DNA from: Lingula anatina
Taxonomy: Eukaryota > Animalia > Brachiopoda
NCBI GenBank assembly: GCA_051362555.1
Contig: CM120640.1
Span: forward strand, 68,922,788 to 68,986,787
DNA length: 64,000 nucleotides
Reading direction: 5' to 3'
Shown here: positions 24,339 to 37,335 of the stretch, one piece after another
Layout of the letters: each line of letters opens with the position of its first letter
How positions within the stretch are numbered: position 1 is the stretch's first letter
Translations under genes and position numbers: made by a program
The notes under the pieces: model-generated
What the model saw: only the letters and a program-made list of their open reading frames with translations
Told to the model about the DNA's origin: nothing
Databases searched by the model: none

Positions 24339-25471
24339 TTAATTTTTGGAAGTCTGCTGTCGTTTTATCTTTTGGACATCTGCGTTTATTTTATTACGGA
24401 TCTTGTAGGCAGGTACAATTTCCAACGCTGTTCCTGTTGTCATTTGTGTTATTGTGGAATTCCCTGGCACTTTCTTCTCCGCAATAATTGTTTTAAATAT
24501 CTTTTGATAATCTGGGTGGATTTTCCAATTATTGTCTTCTTTTCTCTCTGATTTTTTAGAAAATCAAAGCCGACAATTTATCATTCATGAATAAGAAGGA
24601 AGGAAGGAGATTTAGGAAATTTATGAAGATAACTATATATATATAAAGAGCTTGAGAGCAAAGCAAGATACATGTACATGGAAGAGATTTTTGGTCGATG
24701 AATAAAATATTCAAATAAACTAAGATCTCTACCTGTGTATTTTATCCGCTTCTTGTCTAAATCACTGTGGAGAGATCTTTTTGATGCTGACTGCTCTGAA
24801 CTCTGAAATGCTACATACACATTTGTTTTAATATTTTACATAATAACCAGTAATCAATCATTTATACTGTTATGTTGAGCCCATAGCCAGGAGGAAGGGG
24901 TGCAACAGGTGCACATGCACCCTTTCCAGATATCAATAGTTCCTCCCAACTGAAAAACTCTTGCCGCAGAGATAAATGTTTCACACAATCCCAGTTTTAT
25001 TAAAAAATGAGGTGTTAATAAATATCATATTTTGTAATAAAAGATATCAAATGTATGGGATTTAGCTTTGAGACCTTTTTTTTTTTTTTGCTCGTCAACT
25101 TTCTTCTGGTTTCAAAAGTTTCACTTGTATAATAGGAAGTTCCGCTTGCTGATTCTATGCACCCCTTCACTCAAAATTTTGGCTATGGGCCTGTATGCTG
25201 TGTAACTTGTATCATAAATCATGCCTTTAACTTTATTTTGACAATGAATATAAATGTTGAGCAAATTATCATATCTAAACTTCAGTCTTTCAAACACAGA
25301 ATGATATTACTAATGAATATTAGAGCAATGTTTAGTTGAGTATATACCAGTTGTTTGAGGCTGACTCGGAGACTGGACTTCATCATCCACGTCATCATCC
25401 AAAGCAGATTCAGGAATAACAACATCTGCACAAAACAGAAATGTTACATGACAATAAAGTGTACTGATGTG

Positions 25472-25550
<79 letters not shown>

Positions 25551-27043
25551 CTAAAATTTCTAGCTTTAAGTTCCTCTTAAGCTCAAAAGTTGTCATTTAT
25601 TTCATTTTAAATTGGTATAATACAGAAATAACTATATTTCTGTCATTACAATAAATGACATGATTTACATTGTTTCTAACATTTACTCCCCAACTACTCA
25701 TATCAACCCTTTGACTGCCAAAAATTAATGTGTCTACATCTGATTTTTTTCAAGTTGATTAAAATGTCATGTTATTTCAAGTTCTGCAATTACAGTTTAA
25801 ATAACACATCATGCCTGTAGGAAATGCACAATGTTCTATTAGAGTCAGTGAGCGAATGTTTGTTTGTTTATTCCATGTCCTTTATCAACAGCTGACAACC
25901 AAACGCCAATGCCGAGGTGACTGCTATAGCTCTTTGGGACAAAGTCCTGACGAGCTAAAAAAGGATTGAAGGATCATAAAGGAAAATATTAGAAAGAAAA
26001 AAGTATTAATGTATCAAGTGCAAAATTATAAATGTAAAACTTACCTTCACATGAAATTTTGTCAAGTGATTTTCCACGGTACTGATCAAGATTGCCACTT
26101 TCTGATAAGACCATCAATTTCGCCATCTTGGTTTTTTCGATTGTTGTCGACATCATTCTGTAGTAGTCTTTATGCACATGCATAGTATGGCCTAAATGAG
26201 ACGCCACCCACTCGAGTTCATACGCCTCAAGGGAAAATACCTGGGGATAGAATAGAAAAATAGTTAAATATCATTTAATCTATACTTCTTCCTAATATTT
26301 TTAAGTAACAAGATGAGTTACCAAACCATTATCCAGTAATAAATTGTCAAAGTCTGAGGACCTGTGTACGTGTTACTATTTTAGAATATAATATGGACCT
26401 TTTCCACATTGAAAATTTGAATTCCTATTATTATCAACTTAAAAAATGAAAAATATTAAAGTGGCAAATAGCTGACATATATATGTCTATCTATTTGCTG
26501 TTAACTCAAGTTTATATGACTGTGAAATTGCACGTCAAGGTCAAATTCAATGTCATCAAAATGAGACAATTATATGACTTCCTATTAGTGTTCAATAGTA
26601 ACCACTTCTAATTTTAATATTCTACAAGTTATATAGCAACCTGAAACCTACATGATATCAATTGACTGAAACATAAACTAAGGTACAAGGTGTAACTAAG
26701 GTGTAAGAGTCAAAGTCACCAAAACACTATCAATATAACTTCTTGTAAGAGTTTAATAGTAACCATTTATATTTTTGAATAGTCTATAAGTTTAAAATAT
26801 GGTTGTCGACATCATTTTGTAATAGTCTTTATGCACATGCATAGTATGGCTTAACTGAGATGCCATATCATGAAGTCATATAATTGTCTCATTTTGATGA
26901 CATAATATCAAATGAAATAAAATAAACATCAAAGTCACTAAAATGAAGCCAATAAAATTATGACTTCCTATTAATGTTCAATAGTAATAATTCACAAATA
27001 GTCCCGCTGTAATGAATCGGTTCAGCACCAATACCATTCCATC

Positions 27044-27089
<46 letters not shown>

Positions 27090-30000
27090 CCTGTGTCAGG
27101 CAATAATTGATCATACAGATGTTTCAGTGCAATGCAGACAATTCTATGTATGCTGTAGGATGAATACAGTGAACTTATTCACCCCATGCTGCCCTTGCAT
27201 ATTCTAAATGCAATCTGGACATACTAAATGTACATTTATACTAAATGTTTAAGATCTACATATTTTGTTGCTTATCATTAATATATTGTTATTGAACCAT
27301 GTTTTATAATTAGGCTCTGCTAGTCCTTTAATGTTGAATGCATGCATGGTATGATTACATATTATTGACATCTTCAATGGAGATTTAAATAGAAATCATT
27401 TGATAAAAAAGTACAATACACTACCTGTAAGGTTGTGGCTAAATATTTTCGTAATCTTGTAGCTTTGATTGAGGAAGGATCTTGTAGCTTTCTCTTCAGT
27501 GAATCAACAACTTTTGATAAAGATTCAACCGCTCGAACTACACCATCACCTAAAGGGACATCAAGAGCTTTTCATACTGTTGTATAATTATATTTCAATC
27601 TGTTGTATACTATCTTGTAAGAACTATAATCTACGATAAATTATTTATTTGCAAAATATAGTAAATAATTGAACTTTCACTTCAATAAACGTGACTTTCA
27701 ACCGAACATTCGCCATTTATTGATTTATGATTGATTGACTGATTAATCCATTAGAGTGCACTTTCAGCATCGAAGGCCATGCAGCACTAGATAGAAATCC
27801 GGGACAGGGTTACAATACCCTACTCTTACGATTGTTCTCAGGAGATCTTTATAGTGCGTGTCCCCATAGACAGTGCCACACAATACCAGGCCTTTTACAC
27901 AGTCGGGCTGCACTGCCAAACTCCTACCCTAATGCCTGCATGCAAAGCAGGGGGGGGGGGGCAGTTTGTACCATTTTGATGATGGTCTTTGGTATGACCC
28001 GGCCGGGGCCCGAACCCACGAACTACCACAAGAGAGGTGGATATGCTAACCACTAAGCCATCCCGACGAGGTCTATTTCATTTATGAAATACAGACTTAA
28101 ATCTCCTACCTGGCAATATTAAGTCAAAAGTGTTTTTGGCCTAGTGTTTTGTGAAATATGACTTGTCATTTTTTTACAGACTTAAGTCAAATAGTACATT
28201 TTTGGACTTGAAAAGGACTTAAGTCTGTTCGTGAAACCAGGCCCTGATCATAACGCAGACTCATCCTTTCCACGAGCAAAAACAAAATGATGTTCAGTAG
28301 CATGTTAGAAGTTTAACTTACCAAAATTTGGGAAAAGGTAAGGTGAATTGTCTACTTGAACTGCTTTTCTGACTTCTTCAGATGCTAACAGTTCCAGCAG
28401 GTCGTACAGATCAGGGGGCAGTAGAACTGGAACTCCACGTCCCCTCTTTCCTCTGACGGTTATAAGTTCATGTGTCGTCAATAAATATTTCTCCAAATCG
28501 GAAAGGGAAGACATGAACTGTGACATGTGTGGCTCACCTTCCTTTCTTCTCTTCTGGTAGTCATCAAGACTATTGAAAAATCATCAAACAGAAACTAAAG
28601 TTGATGTCGTCATAATTATAGCTATGTGATTCATCTACTTTTTCTTGTTGACCCCATTCTTCACTCATTTAATAAAAAAGTTAATCTACAAAACCAGCTA
28701 ATTAACCCACTGCCACAATCAAACACTAATTTTTGTTACATTAAAATTTTTACTCTACAAATCACACTGTGTCCCCATTGAAACATGCAACTTGAGCAAT
28801 GTGATAAAAAATAAAATAATACAAGTACTGTTGGGAAATAGGCAATTTATGATTTAAGATTTATTACGATTTTTTAATATTGTTTTATTGCAAATGTGTA
28901 AAAAAGCCAAGTTTATCTTGAACAGTATGGAAATATGATTGACTTTCACTCAATCAATGGATACCATGGAAGTAAAGGTGTCAAATTGAATTCATAACAC
29001 TTTAAAGTTGTAATATTGAACAATACTTAAATTTTTAGCATGTAATTGCTTGTTTTGGGTTTATATTTATTTTAAAATATATGTAATGGTTTCACAATCC
29101 CAAGAAACTTATTTTTTTAATGTTCAAAATCTAAGAATGTTCAAAATTTAAGACATTTTTGTGGAAATAATAGGTTATACTTACTATATAGCTTCTATCT
29201 CCCCTGGCCTTCGCTTATTGAATGTCACCAGTCTTGCTTGAGCGATCTCAACCCCTTCTCTAAACCCATCCTTCGTCTTAAGGATTGCTTCAGTGCTCAA
29301 TGAGTTTGATTTCCACTGAACATGTTGTGACAGAACCCTCAAATCTTCAGGAACAGGTAGAGACTGAACGGTAGTGTAACGACCTTCATCTAGAGTAGCT
29401 GTTGCTAGCGATGATACATTGCTGCTCCAGTTTTTCTCCATGAGCTTGATGACATCTGCTGCTTCCTCAGCTCTCTGCAGGTTTTTTGGGCTACTCATCA
29501 GAGCTGCACTTTCCTTGATGTTTGCGAGGTCTTTGATAACGTATCCTCCTTTCAAAGCATTTGATGGGGTTTCGTACGTATTTCCTTCTTTTCCTATTCC
29601 TGCAAGAGTTGTCACAGCTGTTACGATTATGGTAAAATTCTCCGGTTTCAGTACTTCATCCCATGTTATTTCTTTTGCCATTATTTTCCTTATTTCGATC
29701 AGAATTCTAGCTGCTAGTCGCATCTTATCAGATGCATACCTTCCTCGTTTCAGAAGATTTTTCGCCACATTCTTTATCGTTTGGTTTCCCAAATGCAGAA
29801 TAAGTTCATCTTTGGTTGCTACACAGCTGATTTCATCATTAATAAATTTACTGAGTACTTCACTTTTCAGGAATTCAGAGGGAATATGATCAGTTCCACT
29901 GTCTAAGAGTCCTTTAGCCAGTAAAGAGGCTCTTGAACTGGACATATCACCATCAAAACCTTTACATCTTTTCGTATAACTGCGATGCTTGGCCAAATCT

Positions 30001-31413
30001 TTAACGTATAAAAAACAAGTAGGACATGGCAGGAAATCGGTAGTTTTCATATCACCGTCAGTAAATCGACGAGATAGAAGCAGTTCACCCTTCTCCTGTT
30101 GCAACACCCTCTCGTTGTGGTCATGATCTCCTTTGTTACGCATAATTTCTAATGCATCCTTTTGCTGCTTTTGTGACATTTTGTTTAAGGCTCTAATTTC
30201 TTCATGATCTTCGTGGACATGAAGCAGATGATCACGAATTCGGAGTACCAGCTTCCCACAAATCATACAACAATGTTTTGAATTCAAAACCCTTTCATTC
30301 TTCTTTTTCTTCCCATTGTAGGACAACTTTGTTTTTTTAATCTTTTTTATATACACATGTCTCTTATCTGTAAAGAACAATTTGTCTTCATCCAACTTGA
30401 GTAGATCATCTGGAGAACTCATCAAGGGAATTTCAAATGATTCATCACTGCTGTTGTCTGAGCCATATACTATGGTGTCTTCTATGGATTCATCAGATGC
30501 ATCAATTTTCACAGCACTCCTACTCTCTTCTGCAAGAGAAAGCAATAAAACTAGAATTGATATTACATGACCGACGGAAAGCTTCCTGCTGGAAAAAATA
30601 GAATAAATATTATATGGGTTGCTTGGGGGATGTCTTGTATGCAGTGTGTATTTCCTTATTAGGTGTGTGTACAACTCAGATCTTATAATAGTAAACAAAA
30701 CGACACCTACCCACATCAGCGACAGCAGACTGCAACAACTGTTTGTTACTGCCGTGCGACTCCGAAAGGATTTCTTCTCCCGACGGAAAGCTTCCTGCTG
30801 GAAAAATAGAATAAATATTATATGGGTTGCTTGGGGGATGTCTTGTATGCAGTGTGTATTTCCTTATTAGGTGTGTGTACAACTCAGATCTTATAATAGT
30901 AAACAAAACGACACCTACCCACATCAGCGACAGCAGACTGCAACAACTGTTTGTTACTGCCGTGCGACTCCGAAAGGATTTCTTCTCCCGGCGAAAGGCT
31001 TCCTGCTGGAAAAATAGAATAAATATTATATGGGTTGCTTGGGGGATGTCTTGTATGCAGTGTATATTTCCTTATTAGGTGTGTGTACAACTGAGATCTT
31101 ATCATCAACAAAAGATATATTTTAACTAGTTGCATATTCAAAATATTATGAAAAAGGATTTTGATCTAAGCTCAATATATTTCATGTTCACATCCTTTGC
31201 AAATATAAAAATGTGCCTACCTTTGATCCGAACTGAAGCTATCTCATAAGCCTCTTTTATTATACAAGTCAAATCATGCATTTTCTCAGGGGATTTGCAT
31301 TTCTTCTTAATGATGTCTGGTAAGTATACAAGTTTTGAATAAAAAACACAGTTATTTTCTATATTCAAAATGAATTCACTTCTACACACATTCAGCATAT
31401 GCAATAATAACGA

Positions 31414-31463
<50 letters not shown>

Positions 31464-32838
31464 CAAAAACTTGAAATACAAACACAATATATTACAGATT
31501 TTCAATTTCCTTCATATGTACACTATATTATTGAGTTACAAGCACAGGATACGAAAAGAAATGTTGAATTCCTTTTTCCTGACATAAACATTACGTCCAA
31601 TGGGTAATGAATGCTAATTGCCAAAGATATGGTATGATAATGGGGAATATTACTAGAATTCTTTAAATTTGTGACACAATAAAGGTTTTTGATTTTTGTT
31701 CATAATAAGTATGATCATCATTATGATACTAAGGTTTTGAATTTTAGTGTCCGGAGATGGCTATTTGAAGTATTTATGTATAGATATTTTGATTAAATAG
31801 AACAGATATAATTCAAAAGGGTATTAGTATTTTCAACAGTAACGAGTTTGAACATTTGAAAATGAAACTAAACATCATAAACGTCTTATATATATTTCAT
31901 TTACCTAATGACTCCTGAAGATAGTCAACACTGGTGAATGGCACTACTCTCTTAAGAGAGCGTTTACCTATCTTAACCCTAACAACAACAAAAACTACTC
32001 AAATTCTCTCCACAAAAGTAAAACGATTCTAAATTTTGCTAAAATGTTAGATCAGATTATGACATTGTGTGAATAATCTAAGAAACAGTTTGTATTTTCT
32101 AATTACACTCAATTACAGCTATCAAAACATTTCATTGCAACAAAAAGTATAACAAAATATATCAATGGTGCTACATTTATGATGTAACCTTACATATAGT
32201 ATGCACATATGAGATCAGGGTATGTAACATTGTATGGTTGGGGAATAATGAAGTTATAGTCAATAACAAGGTCATCAAAATGAAGCTAATATACGACTTC
32301 CTATTAGTCATGTAAGTGTTCAATAGTAACCATTTTCCATATTTGTAATAATAAATAGCCAACTGAAAACTATGATAGCAAATGACCCTGAAAATATAGG
32401 TCAAGGTCAGATTCAAGTTCACCAAAATTAAGGAATTTGTATATGACTCTCTATTCATGATGTATAGTTACTATGTGCATATTTTGCATGGTTTCTTGGC
32501 TAAAAGCCGAATCAAATATAGTAGGTTATCATACCCAGAAGCTCATAATATTAAAAATATTGAAAAATAGTTCATACTGCAATGATTTAAAGAAACTAAA
32601 AATATGTACTTAGGTGCATGAGAAGTCATGAGAAATCAAAAATGTGTGTTCAGAAGTTTGTGCTGTTAAATGGTAGAAATAATACTCTTTTCAGGTTCAT
32701 TTAAAATAATAAATCTACATACCATCCTGACTCGTTGAACCAACCTATGTAAATATTTGGTTTCACAGCTGTAACGATACCCGGCCACCATATTTCAGTG
32801 TCTGTAGTCTTACACCATACTATTTCACCTGCATCCAT
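24339..32838 (-). CDS. Spliced PWWP - Zn finger - tyrosine recombinase - Myb-like protein (~908 aa)
   Basis: Exons 32838-32723, 31378-31221, 31005-30919, 30797-30711, 30529-29185, 28569-28322, 27549-27425, 26240-26045, 25425-25348, 24810-24733 and 24547-24339 are all GT-AG, phase-compatible and total 2727 nt. Motifs: GEIVWCK...IWWPGIV; CMIC...H...H; FLPCPTC; FNKRRPGE; GKRGRGVPVLL; TRLRKYLAT; HLGHTMHVHKDYY; C-terminal W...F...I.EKKVPG. Confidence 0.85.
24877..25193. mobile_element. Small MITE in a YR-gene intron
   Basis: Inverted ends gcccatagcca ... tggctatgggc. Confidence 0.55.
27718..28073 (-). mobile_element. tRNA-derived SINE (Meta/MESC-like core) in a YR-gene intron
   Basis: Minus strand: A box tggcttagtgg, B box ggttcgggccc, core ggtcataccaaagac...aaaatggtac...tgcc, and an (aatc)n-like tail. 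Confidence 0.75.
30572..31100. repeat. 208-bp tandem repeat (~2.5 copies), each full copy carrying an 87-nt phase-1 exon
   Basis: Near-identical sequence at a 208-bp period, also visible as duplicated ORFs in the track. Confidence 0.95.
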
Positions 32839-33800
32839 TTCAATCCTACAAAATTATGATCAATATCATTATTCTACTTATTAAACAATTTTTTTTGTGA
32901 ATTTTGAAAATACAGAACAGTGTTAACAATTAGATTAATAATGATAAGTGATTGTGGGTATCTGTGATTAATAGCATATCAGTTGCCATAAAAATCGACA
33001 TGAGATATTTATAATTATATAAAGGCGTCCGTTTTCGTGCAAAATAGTTACAATGAGCTACATGTATGTGCCCTATTTTAAGTTGATATATCTAGCTTAC
33101 TGCCACAGACAAGCTATCAATCTACCTAGAATAGTCCTCAGAATTCATTGTAACATGGACATATAATGTATATACAATTATCGAAGATTATTTGTCTATC
33201 GGAAAAGTGTTGTCTATTTTAGTAACCATTACTGCATTAGCCAACTTATCCGAAAAAAAAAATAGAGTAGATCTAACGACGTGGTGTGTTTCGTGAGCCG
33301 CTGACAAGTTTTTCTTTTCGGTAAATATTCAACAGAATTTTGAGAATTATATGCTATCAACAAAAGTGAATAAGTTTTATCAAACTTGACTGAAATTTTA
33401 TTTCATTACTCACCTATTTTTGTGCACAGCTATCAAAGTTTTCTGATGTGTGAATTTCCCGCTTCCCGCTATCGGGCAGCCATGTTGGATTGAATTTTCC
33501 ATGAAGTGAAGCACGCCGGGAAGCACGTGACGTAATTTTGCATGTAAGCTCCAGGTGGCGCCATGAGCCAATGCGAATGAAAAGTGTGTACACGCGTTAT
33601 AAATAGCAATTACACGCATCTCAATGCACGCTAATCGAATGGATTCCTTATGATGATGTTGAAAAAACTGTTCCACACGCATCACTAGACGAAAATAAAC
33701 GGATTTAAGAGATTTCCTTCTTGAAAGCTCATCACAAGGAAAAATGCTCATCACAAGTCAAACTATGTCGGATGAAACGCTTCACAAGTCCTACCTCGCC

Positions 33801-33806
<6 letters not shown>

Positions 33807-33853
<47 letters not shown>
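33807..33853 (+). repeat. (CA)n microsatellite shared by YR elements 1 and 2
   Basis: Direct reading. Confidence 0.95.
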
Positions 33854-33856
<3 letters not shown>

Positions 33857-34899
33857 TCTATGTGTACCAACCGAGGACATCAGCACAACACCATACAACC
33901 GAGGACATCTTATTCCTTGGTTAAATCAAAATAAAAACATTCAATTTAGGGTAAAATCTATTCGGGTATGAATGTTATAAATTAATTTTTTATAAAAACT
34001 AATTTTTTGCTGACAAGAATTTTACATTCTAACCGAGGACACACACGGACACACACACGGACAGACACTACACATTACAACCGAGGACATGCATGCATCT
34101 ACATGTAATAATGATTGTACTTTTAATGCAAAGCAAATTTTATATAGCGTTACTTTGCAGCAATTCACATTTTTATGAAATTCTTTCATATTTAAGGTAA
34201 ATTCCAAAATAACACCAGAGGTGATGATTAAATGAACAGTTATACAATATTTAATGCTGGGCTTTGCCACTTTTTTAGAATTGAAGATTATGAGATAAAA
34301 CATCAATTAATTTAGGAAAAGAAAGGATACTGATGAAATAAAATAAAAGACCAAAGAAATTCGTTTTCAAACATTTTATTTTCATAATGCTTATTTTCTA
34401 TTTAGCACTCTTTTATTATCATGAATTTTATATTTTGATAACACAAAGTGTCGTCCATTGGATACAGACTTGCACAGTACACAATTTTACAATTGAGGAC
34501 ATCATGCCAGCAGCACCCAAAATTGTGCTTTCTTCCAATTTGGTGCAATATTATATAATGCTTAACAGCATAATGATCATCAATTTTTTATAATAAAATA
34601 TTAGTATCATGAATATTCAGAAAATGTGACTAGCAAAGGTTTTCAGGTTCATGGAACTCCAAAGTCATACTTTGAAAATGCTAAATGTATACAAGAGAGC
34701 ACTGTACTGAAATGGGCTTCTTTCCATTTTTAACTTTTTTACATAAAATAATACAGTTTACTGCCATTTCACATGATCAACTAAGAAAATTGTTGAGATG
34801 GCAAAAATATCAATATAACAAGTTTAAATGTCCAATTTCCTCCATTCCAAACATTGTGAATGATTGAATCTGACAAACTACAATGATACGAGTTCATTT

Positions 34900-37330
34900 C
34901 CATTTTGGCACTTTTTTTACACAATACAAGATAACAGGTTTACCACCATTTTTATATAATCAACTAGCAATATTGTCAAGACGCAGAAATTGTCAAACAA
35001 CCCATTTTACATATCTAGTAAATTCAATAATGAGACTGTTTACATGCCTGACAATCAAATCTGAGGAAAACCACTTATATACAAATAATAGCTGAAGTCC
35101 CTCAAAACTCAACCAATCAATCTTATTTTTAAATTTGATTTGTATATAGATAACATTGATCACTCTTGTGAGTTTAATGACAACAGGCCTTGCGGTTCTC
35201 CCTGAAATGTGCTTACAGTGTTACTAATATGCTTTTACTAATAATCATCAGTTCTGTGAGTTTCATGAAAACAGGCTTTAAGTTATTGGTTCTCCCTGAA
35301 ATGTGCTTACAGTGTTACATATATGCTGAAAAAAAAAACAAAAAAACAAAAAAACAAAAAAAAAAAAAAAAAAAACAGCATAACATTTGAAAGAAAAGGG
35401 CCTGGTCTTGCTGATTTTCAATCTTGACCATTCTTTTACTAATAATCATCAGTTCTGTGAGTTTCATGAAAACAGGCTTATTGGTTCTCCTTGAAATATG
35501 TTAACAGTGTTGCATGTACACTGAAAAAAGGAGAAAAAAATGCAAAACTTTTGAAAATAATCATCCCATTTCCTCCATTTTGAGACACTGTATTACACAG
35601 TACATGATAACATGTTTACCGTCATATTTATATAATCAACTAGCAATGTTGTAAAGATGCAGACAATTTCAGAGAAACACTAACATATTTACATATCTAG
35701 TTAATTAAATAACGAAACTGTCAACATGCCTGACAATCAAATCTGAGGAAAACCACTTATATACTTGTTAATAAAAGCTGAAGTCCCTCAGAACTCAACC
35801 AATCTATCTTTTTTTTAAATTTGATTTGTATATAGATAACATTGATCACTCTTGTGAGTTTAATGACAACAGGCCTATCGGTTCTCCCTGAAATGTGCTT
35901 ACAGTGTTACTTATATGCTGAAAAAAAAAAAACAGCATAAAATTTGAAAGAAAAGGGCCTGGTCATGCTGATTTTCAATCTTGACCATTCTTTTACTCAT
36001 AATAATCAGTTCTGTGAGTTTCATGAAAACAGGCTTTAAGTTATTGGTTTCTTCCTGAAATGTGCTTACAGTGTTACTTATATGCTTAAAAAGAACAGCA
36101 TAACATTTGAAAGAAAAGGGCCTGGTCATGCTGATTTTCAATCTTGACCATTCTTTTACTAATAATCATCAGTTCTGTGAGTTTCATGAAAACAGGCTTA
36201 TTGGTTCTCCTTGAAATGTGCTTACAGTGTTACATATATGCTGAAAAAAAACCAGCATAACATTTGAAAGAAAAGGGCCTGGTCATGCTGATTTTCAATC
36301 TTGACCATTCTTTTACTTATAATCATCAGTTCTGTGAGTTTTATGAAAAGAGGCCTATTGGTTCTCCTTGAAATGTGTTTACAGTGTTGCATGTACAATG
36401 AAAAAAGGAAAAAAAAATGCAAAACTTTTGAAAATAATCACCCCATTGCCTCCATTTTGAGACACTGTATTACACAGTACATGATAACATGTTTACCGTC
36501 ATATTTATATAATCAACTAGCAATGTTGTAAAGATGCAGAAAATTTCAGACAAACACTAACATATTTACATATCTAGTTAGTTCAATAACGAAACTGTCA
36601 ACATGCCTGACAATCAAATCTGAGGAAAACCACTTATATATATCAAAACAAGGCACAACTTCCACAAAACTCAACCAATCAATCCTATTTTCAAACTTGA
36701 TTTGTATATTGGTAACATTGATCACTCTTGTGAGTTTAATGACAACAGGCCTATCGGTTCTCCCTGAAATGTGCTTACAGTGTTACTTATATGCTGAAAA
36801 TGGCAGAAAAAAAACAGCATAACTTTTGACAAAAAATGGCCCGGATATGCCGATTTTTGATCTTGACAACCCTTTTACTAATAATCATCAGTTCTGTGAG
36901 TTTCATGACAATAGACCTATTGCTTCTCCTTGAACTGTGTTTACAGTGTTGCATGTATGCTGAAAAAAGCAAAAACAACAGCAAATTTTCTGAAAAAAAA
37001 AAGGAGCCCATTATGAAGATTTTCAAACTTGACCTGCGTTTAACTAATATTCATCAGTTCTGTGAGTTTCATGAAAATAGACCTATCGGTTCTCTTTAAA
37101 ATGTTGCATCGCATATAATATTATGCTGAGAAAAGGGAAAAACAGCAACTTTGTAAAATTGGCCAGATCACACTGATTTTCGAACTGCGTTTTATAAATA
37201 TTCAACAGTTCTGTGAGTTTCATGACAATAGGCCTATCGGAAATATGTTAACAGTGTTGGAAATATGCTGGAAAAGGTGAAAAAAGCACAGCTTGAACCC
37301 CCCCCCCCCCATGCTGATTTTCGAAATTAA
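34900..37330. repeat. Complex, higher-order tandem repeat inside element 2
   Basis: Subunit atcagttctgtgagtttcatgaaaacaggc recurs about 8 times. The larger block gcctgacaatcaaatctgaggaaaaccacttatata recurs at ~35046, 35728 and 36606. Confidence 0.85.
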
Positions 37331-37335
37331 CTTGC

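Larger units (their letters stand above)
22576..33806 (-). mobile_element. CryptonV-like tyrosine-recombinase DNA transposon, element 1 (~11.2 kb), between (CA)n tracts
   Basis: Left end ttgtgatgagttttccttgtgatga is inverted relative to right end tcatcacaaggaaaaatgctcatcacaag. (CA)n lies on both sides. It contains one spliced YR gene and no RT of its own. Confidence 0.8.

Noticed and set aside
27990-28073. tRNA gene
   Set aside because: A and B boxes are present but run into a SINE core and tail, and no complete cloverleaf is evident.
30530-30716. Hydrophobic N-terminus of the 510-aa ORF suggesting a membrane protein
   Set aside because: Intronic/repeat read-through; the real exon starts at the acceptor at 30529.
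33853-34090. Spaced AACCGAGGAC repeats resembling a CRISPR array
   Set aside because: Repeats are only 10 bp, spacing is irregular, the context is eukaryotic and there are no cas genes. Better explained as transposon end motifs.
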